A DNA stretch of 64,000 nt from Bacteroidaceae bacterium (GCA_963620305.1 CAVFAD010000002.1:2086-66085); one strand, 5' to 3'; numbered from the stretch's first letter, positions 43,470-53,590 are shown. Program-made: numbers and translations. Notes: generated by a model not told the origin, from the sequence alone.

Positions 43470-45707
43470 ATGAACAGTAAAATATTTAAAGCGATTTTGA
43501 GTGTTTTTCTTTCCGTTACCGTCTGTCTTCTCACCTGCACGAGCGCGTTTGCGGCATCGTCAAATAAGACATACGTCAAGGAAACGGTGCTCAGCTACGG
43601 CAAAACGGAAGACGAAGCCAAAAAGTGGCTCAAGGACAACGGCTACGAGGTGCTCGACCACAACCTCAACGAGGGTGCGGACGACATTTTCTCGAAAAAG
43701 CGCGCCGTTTATCTCGGCTACAAAACGACGAACAACGCGGACGAAGCCATTACCGACATGCGTCTTATGAACATGAACGGCGGCTACAGCGTTCAGGATT
43801 ATCAGATTTTGCTCGAAGAGCAGAAGGCGAGCATCGGGGCGTTTATTGACAGCTTTATTGTTGCCGTGAACGAGTACAGAGCGAACTACGAAAAGGGTCA
43901 GGAGCGTGCAAGGGCGGCTCACGACATGCTCAACATGTTCCTTGAGGACGACACTCAGCAGAAAATGGGCGACCTGCTTCTCAATAAGATTAAAGAAGAA
44001 TATACCGAGGACGAATACAACGCGCTGTCCGATGAAGTCAAGGGCAAAACAGCCGACATGACGACGGTTCTCATGCAGGGCAACGCAGACATCGTGCTCT
44101 CGATTGAGCAGATTATCGCAATAGCGACGGACAGCGGCGAAGACCTTTGGATTGAAAGATACAGCACGGCGGCGACATATGACGATATGCTCGACGAGCT
44201 TATGGAAAGCGAAAATCTGACGGTTAACGAAGCCGAAAAGAAGCTTGCCGCCGAATACGACGAGCAGGCAAGGTCGTTGGCGTCAAAGCTTGAAGCGTAT
44301 AAGGACTATCTCGACGCATACACGAACGAGGAGCTGACCCTTACAAGCACGAAGGAGGAGCTGGACGCGTATGCGGAGGCTCATTCCGATTTCGATTCGG
44401 CGATATGGTTTGCGGCAGGCGTGCAGTATGAGCTGCTCGACGTGCTTGAAAACGACGGCATTACACTGCGCGAGCTTATATTCGGAGACGAATTTGACGT
44501 TGCGAACACGGACAGATATTTGCTCTATCCTCTTATTGCGTCCCTTTCAAAGGGTCAGAGAGCATGTCTCGATTTTCTGTCGATGTATCAGATAGTTTCT
44601 CTCGGCATTAACGGCGACGAAACCTACAAAGAGGTCGCTCAGAGCCTGAAGCTCGAAACGGTCGGAGACGGGGCGACTTCGGTTTATACGGGCATTGACC
44701 GCACGGTATTCGGAGACGAGGTCGCTCTTACGGGGGATGCCTACAAGCTTCAAAATTCCACAGGCAAGAGTGTTATGTCGCGCTGGGAATCCATCACCGT
44801 TTTCACGAAGGCGTTGTATATTGCCTTCGGTGTTTCTCTTGCGGCTTCTGCGCTTTCGGCTGCATCGACGCATCTTATGGATTTTCTTGCGCAAAAGCTC
44901 GACTCCGCAAGTGAAAATTATATAAAGATGGCGGATTCGTGCCTCAACCAAGCCCGAAGCGATTACGGCATCCTGGACGAAGCCGAAATGATGAGCAACA
45001 AATATATGGCAAAGAGCAGGGCATCAGTGCGCGGAATCGGCACTGCGCAGACAATGCAGGACGTGTTCTACTATGCGGGCATAGTCTTTGCGTGCGTGGG
45101 CATCGTTCTGGCGGTTGCCTCGATTTGGCGCACCGTTGTCGATATTAAAAGGTATTACGATTCCGAATTTACGCCCATCCCGATGCACATGGTGGACGAG
45201 AGTGTCAACGAAAACGACGAAAAGGTTTATACTTATTACACTGCGGTCACCTGCAACCGCAAGGACGCCGGCATGGTGACGGAGGAAACCGAAATTCTCA
45301 AGGACTTCGGCGACCTAAACGGCGACGTCGGCAAGCAGTGGGTCGCGCTCTACACCACAAAGGACAAGGCTGCGGGCAACCCGATAACAACCGATTTTAA
45401 GGTGCAGTACGAGAACAGCAGCATTCCGGGCGAAAGGACGCCTCTCTCGATTTTCTGCGAAAACACGGCGCAGAACCTGACCGACGAAAAATCCGGTTAC
45501 ACATACTCGGACGACAGAAACGGCATTTATCTGTTCTTCGGCACCGATGTCAATGCCTACGCGGGCAGCGTTTTCTCCGGAAACAGATATGCTCTTGTGG
45601 GCGGTGCGGCGATAGTACTGCTTGCGCTGTCTTTCTTCGCGGGAACAAAAGCAGGCAAAAAGGGCAGCGGCAGAAAAAATAAAGAGGGCGGCGCCGTCAC
45701 GGCGTAA
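43470..45707 (+). CDS. Three-TM surface protein, unknown family, paralog B
   Basis: Lies 5 nt after paralog A, with an AGAGGT RBS. Same architecture as A, with long identical stretches (e.g. DEAKKWLKDNGYEVLD, KKRAVYLGYKTT, FTPIPMHMVDE, NDEKVYTYYTAV). Confidence 0.85.
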   Translation: MNSKIFKAILSVFLSVTVCLLTCTSAFAASSNKTYVKETVLSYGKTEDEAKKWLKDNGYEVLDHNLNEGADDIFSKKRAVYLGYKTTNNADEAITDMRLMNMNGGYSVQDYQILLEEQKASIGAFIDSFIVAVNEYRANYEKGQERARAAHDMLNMFLEDDTQQKMGDLLLNKIKEEYTEDEYNALSDEVKGKTADMTTVLMQGNADIVLSIEQIIAIATDSGEDLWIERYSTAATYDDMLDELMESENLTVNEAEKKLAAEYDEQARSLASKLEAYKDYLDAYTNEELTLTSTKEELDAYAEAHSDFDSAIWFAAGVQYELLDVLENDGITLRELIFGDEFDVANTDRYLLYPLIASLSKGQRACLDFLSMYQIVSLGINGDETYKEVAQSLKLETVGDGATSVYTGIDRTVFGDEVALTGDAYKLQNSTGKSVMSRWESITVFTKALYIAFGVSLAASALSAASTHLMDFLAQKLDSASENYIKMADSCLNQARSDYGILDEAEMMSNKYMAKSRASVRGIGTAQTMQDVFYYAGIVFACVGIVLAVASIWRTVVDIKRYYDSEFTPIPMHMVDESVNENDEKVYTYYTAVTCNRKDAGMVTEETEILKDFGDLNGDVGKQWVALYTTKDKAAGNPITTDFKVQYENSSIPGERTPLSIFCENTAQNLTDEKSGYTYSDDRNGIYLFFGTDVNAYAGSVFSGNRYALVGGAAIVLLALSFFAGTKAGKKGSGRKNKEGGAVTA

Positions 45708-45760
45708 AAGACGGATTCCGTCCTCCGACGGAGCGGACGGCAAATCAGCCTGTAAAAAAC

Positions 45761-45830
45761 GGCACGGGTTTGCTTCCCGTCCGACAGAAATAAACACAAA
45801 CCGACGGGCGGCACGGGTTTGCTTCCCGTC
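45761..45830. repeat. Perfect 21-bp direct repeat ggcacgggtttgcttcccgtc (x2, 49 bp apart), tRNA T-arm-like
   Basis: Copies at 45761-45781 and 45810-45830. Related to 56266-56306 and, more weakly, to 28084-28100. Confidence 0.85.
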
Positions 45831-46018
45831 GGCACAAATCACCGAGCGGCTTCGCAGCGGAGCCGTTACGGTGGTTTTTCGTTTTACGCTCGGGGAAGGC
45901 TGCGGCGGCGCAAAAATGTCCCGAAAAACTTGTTCCAATCAGCTCTTTCTTTTTCTTTTTTTGGTCTCACATCATTGACTAATGTACAGAAAAATCGCAA
46001 AAAAACAGAAAAAAGGTA

Positions 46019-46047
46019 TTGACAAACGAAAAAATCGGGTCTATAAT
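46019..46047 (+). promoter_or_regulatory. Consensus sigma-A promoter upstream of cysK
   Basis: TTGACA, 17-nt spacer, TATAAT (perfect hexamers). Confidence 0.7.
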
Positions 46048-46372
46048 ACAACCAACCTACGAGGTAAGTAGATAAAACAAAAAGGAGACGGCGACGATGA
46101 GTTTGTATTTGCCCGCAGTGCGAATGTGTATACGGCGGCATCGGCCGCACGCCGTATAGGCGCACGAAGAAAAAAACGGCAGGGACGGAGCTTTGCCGAC
46201 GGAAATGAATACGGCGGAGACGGCGGGTTGCCGAAAAAGAAAATACCGCCGAACAGCACAAGCGGCTTGCTGAAAAAGCCGTTGTCGGGCGGTGAAAACG
46301 CGGGGCAGAAGCAAGGTACCGCAGAGAACGCAAAAAAAGCCTTCACAAAAATATAAAAAAGGAGTAATTACA
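46048..46372 (+). promoter_or_regulatory. Long (~320 nt) structured 5' leader of cysK; class unresolved
   Basis: Several stems (e.g. tatacggc/gccgtata, cggctt/aagccg) and a GGTACCGC element near the 3' end. Canonical T-box or SAM-box cores were not convincingly found. Confidence 0.4.
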
Positions 46373-47305
46373 ATGTCAAAAATATATACATCAGCCGATC
46401 AGCTTATAGGAAAAACACCTTTGCTTGAACTCACTCACATAGAAAAAAAACTCGGTCTTAAGGCGCATTTACTTGCAAAGCTCGAATATTTCAATCCCGC
46501 AGGTTCCGTAAAGGACAGGATAGCTAAGGCGATGATAGACGATGCCGAAGCAAAAGGACTTCTCAAAGAGGGTTCGGTCATAATCGAGCCGACTTCCGGC
46601 AACACGGGTATCGGACTTTCGAGCGTTGCTGCGGCAAGGGGTTACCGCATTATCATCGTTATGCCCGAAACCATGTCGGTTGAACGCCGTCAGCTTATGA
46701 AGGCATACGGCGCGGAGCTTGTGCTCACCGAGGGCGCAAAGGGCATGAAAGGCGCGATTGCAAAGGCTGAGGAGCTTGCAAAAGAAATTCCCGACTCGTT
46801 TATTCCGGGGCAGTTTGTCAATGAAGCCAACCCGAAGGCGCATTATTCCTCAACCGGTCCCGAAATTTTTGAGGATACCGACGGAAAACTAGATTATTTT
46901 GTCGCGGGTGTCGGCACCGGCGGTACGGTCACGGGTACGGGCAAATTCCTTAAAGAGAAGATTGCAGGCGTGAAGGTGGCTGCTGTCGAACCGGAAACCT
47001 CTCCGGTGCTCTCGCAGGGCAAAGCCGGTTCGCACAAGATTCAGGGAATCGGCGCGGGTTTCGTTCCCGATGTTCTCGACACAAAGGTGTATGACGAGGT
47101 CATTCCCGTTTCGAATGAAAACGCTTTCGAATACGGCAAGCTTATCGGGAAGACAGAGGGCATTCTTGTCGGAATTTCCTCCGGTGCGGCTCTTTTCGCC
47201 GCAATAGAAATCGCAAAGCGTCCCGAAAACGAGGGCAAAAATATAGTTGTTTTGTTCCCCGACACGGGCGACAGATATCTTTCGACTCCGCTGTTTGCGG
47301 ACTGA
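46373..47305 (+). CDS. cysK: Cysteine synthase A (O-acetylserine sulfhydrylase)
   Basis: AAGGAG RBS. Motifs [19 protein letters not shown] (PLP lysine) and TSGNTGIGL. Confidence 0.9.
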   Translation: MSKIYTSADQLIGKTPLLELTHIEKKLGLKAHLLAKLEYFNPAGSVKDRIAKAMIDDAEAKGLLKEGSVIIEPTSGNTGIGLSSVAAARGYRIIIVMPETMSVERRQLMKAYGAELVLTEGAKGMKGAIAKAEELAKEIPDSFIPGQFVNEANPKAHYSSTGPEIFEDTDGKLDYFVAGVGTGGTVTGTGKFLKEKIAGVKVAAVEPETSPVLSQGKAGSHKIQGIGAGFVPDVLDTKVYDEVIPVSNENAFEYGKLIGKTEGILVGISSGAALFAAIEIAKRPENEGKNIVVLFPDTGDRYLSTPLFAD

Positions 47306-47409
47306 CACACACAGACTGCGGATATGTCTGCGCGGCGCGCAGTCGGCAAAAAATATAATGACGATGTTTGATTGCGGTCGGGCATTTTGCGGAAAAGGAG
47401 AGCTTTTCA

Positions 47410-48327
47410 ATGACAGTTTCCCAGATGCAGCAGGAAATTCTGCGGCTGAAAAAAGAAAAAGATATCTGTATTCTTGCGCATTCATATCAGGCTGCCGAGA
47501 TACAGGAAATTGCGGATTTTTGCGGTGATTCGTTCGCACTGAGCAAGAAAGCTGCAGCGGTTGCGAACAAGACCGTTGTCATGTGCGGTGTACGTTTCAT
47601 GGCTGAAACCGTGAAATTGCTGTCCCCGGAGAAAAAAGTCGTGCTTGCGTCACCCGATGCCGGATGTCCGATGGCGGAGCAGCTTGACGCGGAATTGCTG
47701 CTTTCTCTTAAAGAAGCGTTGCCGGAATATACCGTTGTGGCGTATATAAACACCACGGCGGAGCTGAAGGCGCATTGCGATGTCTGTGTTACGTCATCGT
47801 CGGCGGTTGATGTTGTCCGCAAAATCAAGAATAACAAAATCTTGTTCATACCGGATTGTAACTTAGGCGACTGGGTGTCAAAGCGGATTCCCGAAAAGGA
47901 GTTTAAGTTTGTAAACGGCGGCTGTCCCATTCATGCGCGTGTGAGCGAGAACGACGTAAAAGCGGCAAAAGCGGCGCATCCCGACGCGCTGCTGCTTGTT
48001 CACCCCGAGTGCAGACCCGCCGTCGCCGCGCTTGCGGATTATGTCGGGTCGACTTCAGGCATCGTTGACTTTGCGAAAAAGAGCAGTGCGCGTGAATTTA
48101 TAATCGGCACGGAAATCAGCATTGTCGAAACACTCAAATATGCGTGTCCCGACAAAAAATTCTATCCGCTGTCGAAAAATTTGATTTGTCCCAACATGAA
48201 ATTGACAACCCTTCCCGACGTGCTCGATTCGCTCGTCGGCGGCGGGAAAGAAATTTCGCTCGACGGTGACATAATGAAAAAAGCGCGTGTGTGCATCGAC
48301 CGAATGCTCGACGCGGAAAAGCCGTGA
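47410..48327 (+). CDS. nadA: Quinolinate synthase NadA
   Basis: AAGGAGAG RBS. Motifs ILAHSYQ...IADFCGDS, VRFMAET and LVHPEC. About 305 aa. Confidence 0.85.
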   Translation: MTVSQMQQEILRLKKEKDICILAHSYQAAEIQEIADFCGDSFALSKKAAAVANKTVVMCGVRFMAETVKLLSPEKKVVLASPDAGCPMAEQLDAELLLSLKEALPEYTVVAYINTTAELKAHCDVCVTSSSAVDVVRKIKNNKILFIPDCNLGDWVSKRIPEKEFKFVNGGCPIHARVSENDVKAAKAAHPDALLLVHPECRPAVAALADYVGSTSGIVDFAKKSSAREFIIGTEISIVETLKYACPDKKFYPLSKNLICPNMKLTTLPDVLDSLVGGGKEISLDGDIMKKARVCIDRMLDAEKP

Positions 48328-49394
48328 AAAAACGTGCGCTTATTGCAATGAGCGGCGGAGTCGATTCCTCCGTTGCCGCTCTTTTGATGCAGAAAAACGG
48401 TTTTGACTGCGTCGGTGTGACCATGAAGCTGTACGATAACGGCGATGTCGGTATCGACCGCAGCAACACCTGTTGTTCTCTTGATGATATTGAGGACGCG
48501 CGAAGCGTTGCCGCAAGGCTGAATATTCCGTATTATGTTTTTAATTTTACGGACGAGTTTCGCGAAAAAGTGATATCCCGTTTTGTTTCGGCGTACGAAA
48601 ACGGTTTTACTCCGAATCCGTGCATAGACTGCAACCGATTTCTCAAATTCCGTCGGCTTTATCTCCGCGCAGCGGAGCTTGGCTTTGACTGCACAGTTAC
48701 GGGGCATTATGCCGCAGTCGAAGAAAAAGACGGTCGGTTTTTTCTGAAAAAGGCTGCCGATGAAACGAAAGATCAGAGCTACGTGCTCTATTCGATGACG
48801 CAGGATGAACTTGCGCACACGGTGTTTCCTCTCGGCGAACTGACAAAAAACGATGTCCGCAAAATCGCACGTGAGAACGGTTTTTTGAATGCCGAAAAAA
48901 CCGACAGTCAGGATATCTGTTTCGTTCCCAACGGCGATTATGCGTCCGCGATAGAGCGTTTCAGCGGCAAAAACTACGCAAAGGGGTTGTTTACGGATAC
49001 CGACGGCAACGTTCTCGGGGAACATCGCGGAATTATTCGTTACACGGTCGGTCAGCGAAAGGGACTTTTGCCGACGCTGCCAAAAAAGATGTACGTTTGC
49101 CGTGTCTGCGCCGAAAACAACACCGTTGTACTCGGCACGGAGCGGGAGCTTTATACCGACAAAATAACCGTTTCGGACGTGAACTGGATATCGGGCGAGT
49201 GTCCGGTGAAGCCGTTTTTGTGCACGGTAGTGACGCGCTATCATCGGCGCGAAGCGGCTGCGGAAGTTACTCCGCTCCCGAACGGGAGAGCGTTTATCCG
49301 TTTTGACGAGCCGCAGCGCGCAGTCGCTCCCGGTCAGGCGGCTGTCATGTATGACGGCGATTATGTTATCGGCGGCGGCACCGCGGAACAGTGA
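48324..49394 (+). CDS. mnmA: tRNA 2-thiouridine(34) synthase MnmA
   Basis: The GTG start overlaps the nadA stop (GTGA). Motifs ALIAMSGGVDSSVAA (PP-loop), NPCIDCN and KDQSY. Confidence 0.9.
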   Translation: MKKRALIAMSGGVDSSVAALLMQKNGFDCVGVTMKLYDNGDVGIDRSNTCCSLDDIEDARSVAARLNIPYYVFNFTDEFREKVISRFVSAYENGFTPNPCIDCNRFLKFRRLYLRAAELGFDCTVTGHYAAVEEKDGRFFLKKAADETKDQSYVLYSMTQDELAHTVFPLGELTKNDVRKIARENGFLNAEKTDSQDICFVPNGDYASAIERFSGKNYAKGLFTDTDGNVLGEHRGIIRYTVGQRKGLLPTLPKKMYVCRVCAENNTVVLGTERELYTDKITVSDVNWISGECPVKPFLCTVVTRYHRREAAAEVTPLPNGRAFIRFDEPQRAVAPGQAAVMYDGDYVIGGGTAEQ

Positions 49395-49404
49395 AAACGG
49401 TGAA

Positions 49405-49447
49405 AAAAGACGTACGGCAGTCTGTTCGGCTGAAGGTACGTCTTTTT
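49405..49447 (+). terminator. Rho-independent terminator after mnmA
   Basis: aaaagacgtac / gtacgtctttt stem with a trailing T-run. Confidence 0.75.
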
Positions 49448-49512
49448 CCGTATGAAATATTCGAAAGGGGTTTTGGGCTTTTTGTACCGAGGATATTTTC
49501 GGTTTTTTCTTT

Positions 49513-50163
49513 TTATTCCACCTTTTTTGAGTTTGCATAGATTTTGTGCATGCGCTCATCGGTAAAATGCTTGTCGAGATATATTTCCACTGAGTTTTTC
49601 GGCGCAATGCCCTCATCGCGCTTGTTCATTCGCGTTGCTGCCGCCGCAGACAGCGCGGAGTCATATACGAAAAATGCACAGAACAAAACGACAAGTGCCG
49701 TTCCGATGTGTTCGGGAACCATGCCGCACAGTTTGTCCGTCATCGGCATGACAAATTTTACCCACAGAACGCCGAGCGCGCCCCAAAAGAGAGAATATAA
49801 AAGGCATACTCTGCCGTTGATGTTGAGCGGCAGATGGCTGTAGTCCCACGCGACCGAGCCGAAAACTATTTCCTGTCCGAGTGAGCAGATGTATTCGGCG
49901 ACCGAGCCGACGAGAAACGACACCCAAAAGACCGTGTACCACTTGCAGTCCGTGAAATGATAGAGTACGAGCGTGAGCAGCACACCGCCCATGCCGTATG
50001 CGACGCTTAACGGACCGTACACAAGCGATTTGCGGCTTTCGATATAGCCGTTTTTGAAATAGCACCATGCCGTTTCGGCAATAAAACCTACCACGCAGCA
50101 TGCCGCGAACATCGCAACGAGCTTATTAAAGCCGATGCTTTTGATTGCAAGACCGCGCTTCAT
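49513..50163 (-). CDS. Membrane protein, putative ABC-transporter type IV (CmpB/PF06541-like)
   Basis: Segment FNKLVAMFAACCVVGFIAETAWCYFKNGYIESRKSLVYGP. About 5 TM segments. Confidence 0.65.
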   Translation of the reverse strand: MKRGLAIKSIGFNKLVAMFAACCVVGFIAETAWCYFKNGYIESRKSLVYGPLSVAYGMGGVLLTLVLYHFTDCKWYTVFWVSFLVGSVAEYICSLGQEIVFGSVAWDYSHLPLNINGRVCLLYSLFWGALGVLWVKFVMPMTDKLCGMVPEHIGTALVVLFCAFFVYDSALSAAAATRMNKRDEGIAPKNSVEIYLDKHFTDERMHKIYANSKKVE

Positions 50164-50302
50164 ATCAGTCACACCCTTTTTGATTTTACGGGTGCATGAT
50201 ACCGCCGTTTTATAAACCTACTGTAAACTTTCGGCATTTCATACGGTTTTTCGGCAAAAAAAGTCCCCTTTGCTTTAATTCGAGGTGAAATCATGATGCC
50301 CG

Positions 50303-50776
50303 TCAGCCGCTGTTTGAGCATTTTTCGGCATCAATTGCCAAAACGAGCATCACGGCGTGAAGTGCGTCGGACGGATTTGCGACGTCAATGGTATAGGTGT
50401 CCGTCCAATGCCACAGCTCCTTTGATACGGTTGCCGTAATTTCGTTATATTCATTTATTACGGAGTAGTCCCAGCCGAGGAAGTTGCCCTCAACATGCCA
50501 GCCGTTAAAATCAATGTTGTAGCGCGGCTTGAAGAAGCAAAACTCCTTGCATATGCAGCCGAGGTAATTATCCGCTTCGTAAAGCTCAAATTTCGGCAGA
50601 AAAGTTAAAACGCGCTGCTTTACCGTGCCGAGCTCGACACCGTCCGTGTCGTATATTTTCAGCAGGTGTCCCCATGAAAGCTGTCCTTTTACAACAAAAA
50701 CCGAGCTGCCCGATTCGTCAAAAATATCATAGCTGTCAAACCATGAGAACATTCTTTGTTTAAATAGTAGTTTCAT
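50303..50776 (-). CDS. LURP-one-related / YxjI (tubby-like) family protein
   Basis: GGAGA RBS. MKLLFKQRMFSWFDSYDIFDESGSSVFVVKG...LTFLPKFELY pattern. Confidence 0.65.
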   Translation of the reverse strand: MKLLFKQRMFSWFDSYDIFDESGSSVFVVKGQLSWGHLLKIYDTDGVELGTVKQRVLTFLPKFELYEADNYLGCICKEFCFFKPRYNIDFNGWHVEGNFLGWDYSVINEYNEITATVSKELWHWTDTYTIDVANPSDALHAVMLVLAIDAEKCSNSG

Positions 50777-50963
50777 GCCGCCGTCTCCGTTTCCCGTGTG
50801 CGGGGGCATTTTGCCCCTCTGTATATATGATAAAATGACTGATGCGGTTTGTCAACGGCGGATATTATGACGAAAAAAGGTCATATCGCCGCCGCCGGAG
50901 AGCGTTTTTTGTTTTTATGCCGTGCGGAGGGAAAAACAGAACAACGCTGTTTTGCCGCATTTT

Positions 50964-51030
50964 ACAAAAAAGACCGTATTCGCAGCGCACGTTTTTAATG
51001 CCGTAAGCGGAATACAGTCTTTTGCTTTTT
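50964..51030 (-). terminator. Hairpin terminator (A-run/T-run flanked) after the esterase gene
   Basis: agaccgtattcgc ... gcggaatacagtct stem with a T-run on the - strand. One arm resembles the 20709-20756 terminator. Confidence 0.55.
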
Positions 51031-51043
51031 GTCGAAAAATGAG

Positions 51044-51940
51044 TTATCGGTTGAGATATGTCTGCATGTACTCAAGCAGCTTATCGTTGAACGCCTTGCG
51101 CACGTCCTCGTCCGCATCCAGATTGTGACCCGAATTCGGGAATGTAAAGAAGTCGTGCGTCACACCCGCCTCGGTCAGAGCCCTGTCGAGCGAAAGGGCA
51201 TTTTCATACGTTACCAGCTCATCCTTCATGCCGTAAGCCATAACGGTGGGTACGGAGGACGCATTGACATATGTAACGGGTGATATTGCCCTGAGAACCT
51301 TTTGCACCCCGTCGGATTCAATATTTTCGTCTGTTACTGTTATGCCCGACAGCTCGGAGAGAATAAGCAGCGCAGTCGATCTGTCCATTCCTGTGCATGC
51401 ATCAAGGAACGTACGCCCCGAAAAGTCGGAGGGACCCACCTCGTCAAAAATGAACTTTATCGGTACGGGCGATTCGTCGGCTCTCGAATACGCGTAGAGC
51501 AGTGTAAGATGTCCGCCTGCCGAATTGCCGCCTATCGCGACGTCCTTTATTGTTATGCCCTGTTCCCGCGCTTTGGCGACCGCCGCCTTTATGCCCGCTG
51601 TTATGTCGTCGAGCATTTCGCTGCAGTGCACGCTGCCGCCTTCGGTAAGTAATCTGTAATTGAGCGATGCCGCCGCAAGCTTCAAATCGCTTGCACAGTA
51701 CGTTGTAAGATTGCGTCCTTCTTCTTTGTCGCCGGCTACCCACGAACCGCCGTGAATGTACACAAAAAGGCTTGTTTCACTGCCGGCATTTGTCGGAAGT
51801 ACAAGGTCGACGGTTTGATTTACGTCCGAGCCGTAGGAAATATCACGAAATTCACTGTAGGTCTTTTTACCGTTCAGGCCTAAAAGCTGCATAAAAAATG
51901 CTACTATTGCCATAAAAAACGACAAAATCTTTTGAAGCAT
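51044..51940 (-). CDS. Alpha/beta hydrolase (esterase/lipase, HGG + GxSxG type) with an N-terminal anchor
   Basis: Motifs VYIHGGSWVAGDK and GGNSAGGHL. Confidence 0.8.
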   Translation of the reverse strand: MLQKILSFFMAIVAFFMQLLGLNGKKTYSEFRDISYGSDVNQTVDLVLPTNAGSETSLFVYIHGGSWVAGDKEEGRNLTTYCASDLKLAAASLNYRLLTEGGSVHCSEMLDDITAGIKAAVAKAREQGITIKDVAIGGNSAGGHLTLLYAYSRADESPVPIKFIFDEVGPSDFSGRTFLDACTGMDRSTALLILSELSGITVTDENIESDGVQKVLRAISPVTYVNASSVPTVMAYGMKDELVTYENALSLDRALTEAGVTHDFFTFPNSGHNLDADEDVRKAFNDKLLEYMQTYLNR

Positions 51941-52056
51941 AAAAACACCGCCTTTTCAATATATATTTTCACACGTATATATTACCACATTATACTCGGT
52001 TTTTCAAGATGCTTTTGTGAAATTACACAATGCTGCCGTAAAAATGTGCATAAGTT

Positions 52057-53409
52057 TCAGGCGGAATATATCTCGCCGAGCCTGTTTTTGCTTATGTTGT
52101 AAACAAACCCCAAAAGCAGTGCCATGAGCAGGCATGCGGCGGCGGGAACGGCAGCGGAGACGGTATAAAGACCGTTTACGGCTTCGTCCGTCAGATTTTT
52201 TGCGTCATAGCCGATAAGTCCGATAACACCCGTGCTCATGATTGCCGATAACGTTTGACCGAGCTTGCGCCCGAAAGAAAATACGGCGTATGTTGTGCCC
52301 TCCTCGCGCTGTCCGGAGTGCTTTTCCTGATAGTTTATCACGTCCGTCGCCATTGCCCAAATTTCGAGAATAAAAAACATCATGCCGAATCCCGATATGA
52401 ATGTCAGCGCAAAGAAAACGTACACATTCTGAGTTCTGATAAACAGAAGTATTGCGTTCGCGGCAGCCGCGGCAGCCATGCCGAAGGTGCACAGCTCCTT
52501 TTTTCCGTATTTTCTTACAAGCTTGCCGATAAACGGGAACAGTATCAGCATCGGCAGGTATGTGATTACGGTCACCGCCGCATAAAGCTCGGGTTTTTTG
52601 AAATAGTTGAGAAAAAGGTAGTTGTACATTGTCTGTGTGTACTGCTGCGTTGCCAGAAGCAGCATTGACGCAAGACTCAAACCGATGAACGGGCGGTTCG
52701 TGAGCAGCACCCTCACCGTTTTTTTCCAATCCTTTTTTTCGGGGACGGGCGGAGACACAACGCGTTCCGTTGTCATTGCGTAGCAAGCCTGATACACGAA
52801 AACACTCAGAACCGACAGCACCGCAACACCGATGAGCAGCTTGCTGCCGTCGAGCACCTTTTTGCCCGCGTCCGTTGTCGAATATACAAATAGCGGCAGT
52901 ATGACCTGTCCCGGCAGACCGCCGAGACCCGCACCGACGGAGCGGAATACCGACAGCGCGGAGCGTTCGTCCTTGTCGGACGTGACCACGCTTGCGAGCG
53001 AACCGTAGGGAATCGTTACGACAGTGTACATCATGCCGTACATGATATACGTGACATATGCGATTATCAGATACTGATTTTCGGTCAGCGAACCGAATTT
53101 TGTGAACGTGAGCACAGCCGAAACGGCAAGCGGAATACTGCCCCATCTGATGTACTGCAAAAATTTACCTTTTTTCCCTGAACGGCGGAGGTCAACCACC
53201 GCGCCCCACATAGGGTCGTTTATTGCGTCCCAGAGCCGTGCAACGGTGAAAAGCACCATTATTTTTCCGTAGGGAAGACCGAGCACGTTCGTGTAGAACA
53301 TTTGAAGAAACGAGCCGATGATGCCGAACGTAAGACATCCGCCCGTGTCGCCGAGCGCGTAGCCTATTTTGTCCTTGAGTGTAATTCCGTATGTTTTTGC
53401 TTCGCTCAT
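52057..53409 (-). CDS. Glycoside-pentoside-hexuronide (GPH):cation symporter, MFS superfamily
   Basis: GGAGG RBS. LKDKIGYALGDTGGCLTFGIIGSFLQMFYTNVLGL N-terminal signature. 12 TM segments. Confidence 0.85.
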   Translation of the reverse strand: MSEAKTYGITLKDKIGYALGDTGGCLTFGIIGSFLQMFYTNVLGLPYGKIMVLFTVARLWDAINDPMWGAVVDLRRSGKKGKFLQYIRWGSIPLAVSAVLTFTKFGSLTENQYLIIAYVTYIMYGMMYTVVTIPYGSLASVVTSDKDERSALSVFRSVGAGLGGLPGQVILPLFVYSTTDAGKKVLDGSKLLIGVAVLSVLSVFVYQACYAMTTERVVSPPVPEKKDWKKTVRVLLTNRPFIGLSLASMLLLATQQYTQTMYNYLFLNYFKKPELYAAVTVITYLPMLILFPFIGKLVRKYGKKELCTFGMAAAAAANAILLFIRTQNVYVFFALTFISGFGMMFFILEIWAMATDVINYQEKHSGQREEGTTYAVFSFGRKLGQTLSAIMSTGVIGLIGYDAKNLTDEAVNGLYTVSAAVPAAACLLMALLLGFVYNISKNRLGEIYSA

Positions 53410-53590
53410 ATAAAAACCTCCGTTCTCATTCAGGATACACTATTCCGCATAAAAAAACAACTGTACATGCTGTATAAAACGAACGCATCCGTTTTGTATT
53501 TATTACCGAAAAAAGGCTCACGGTTTTTTTCGTCTGTTTCGCATAAAAAACGGTTCGTCGGGCAGAATTTTTATCGGGAGGTATCGTGCA

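Noticed and set aside
46048-46372. Specific call of a Cys T-box riboswitch upstream of cysK.
   Set aside because: Only a GGTACCGC fragment resembles the T-box. The specifier loop, the AGAGA/GNUGGUA distal motifs and the UGGN bulge were not found by eye. It is kept only as an unclassified leader.
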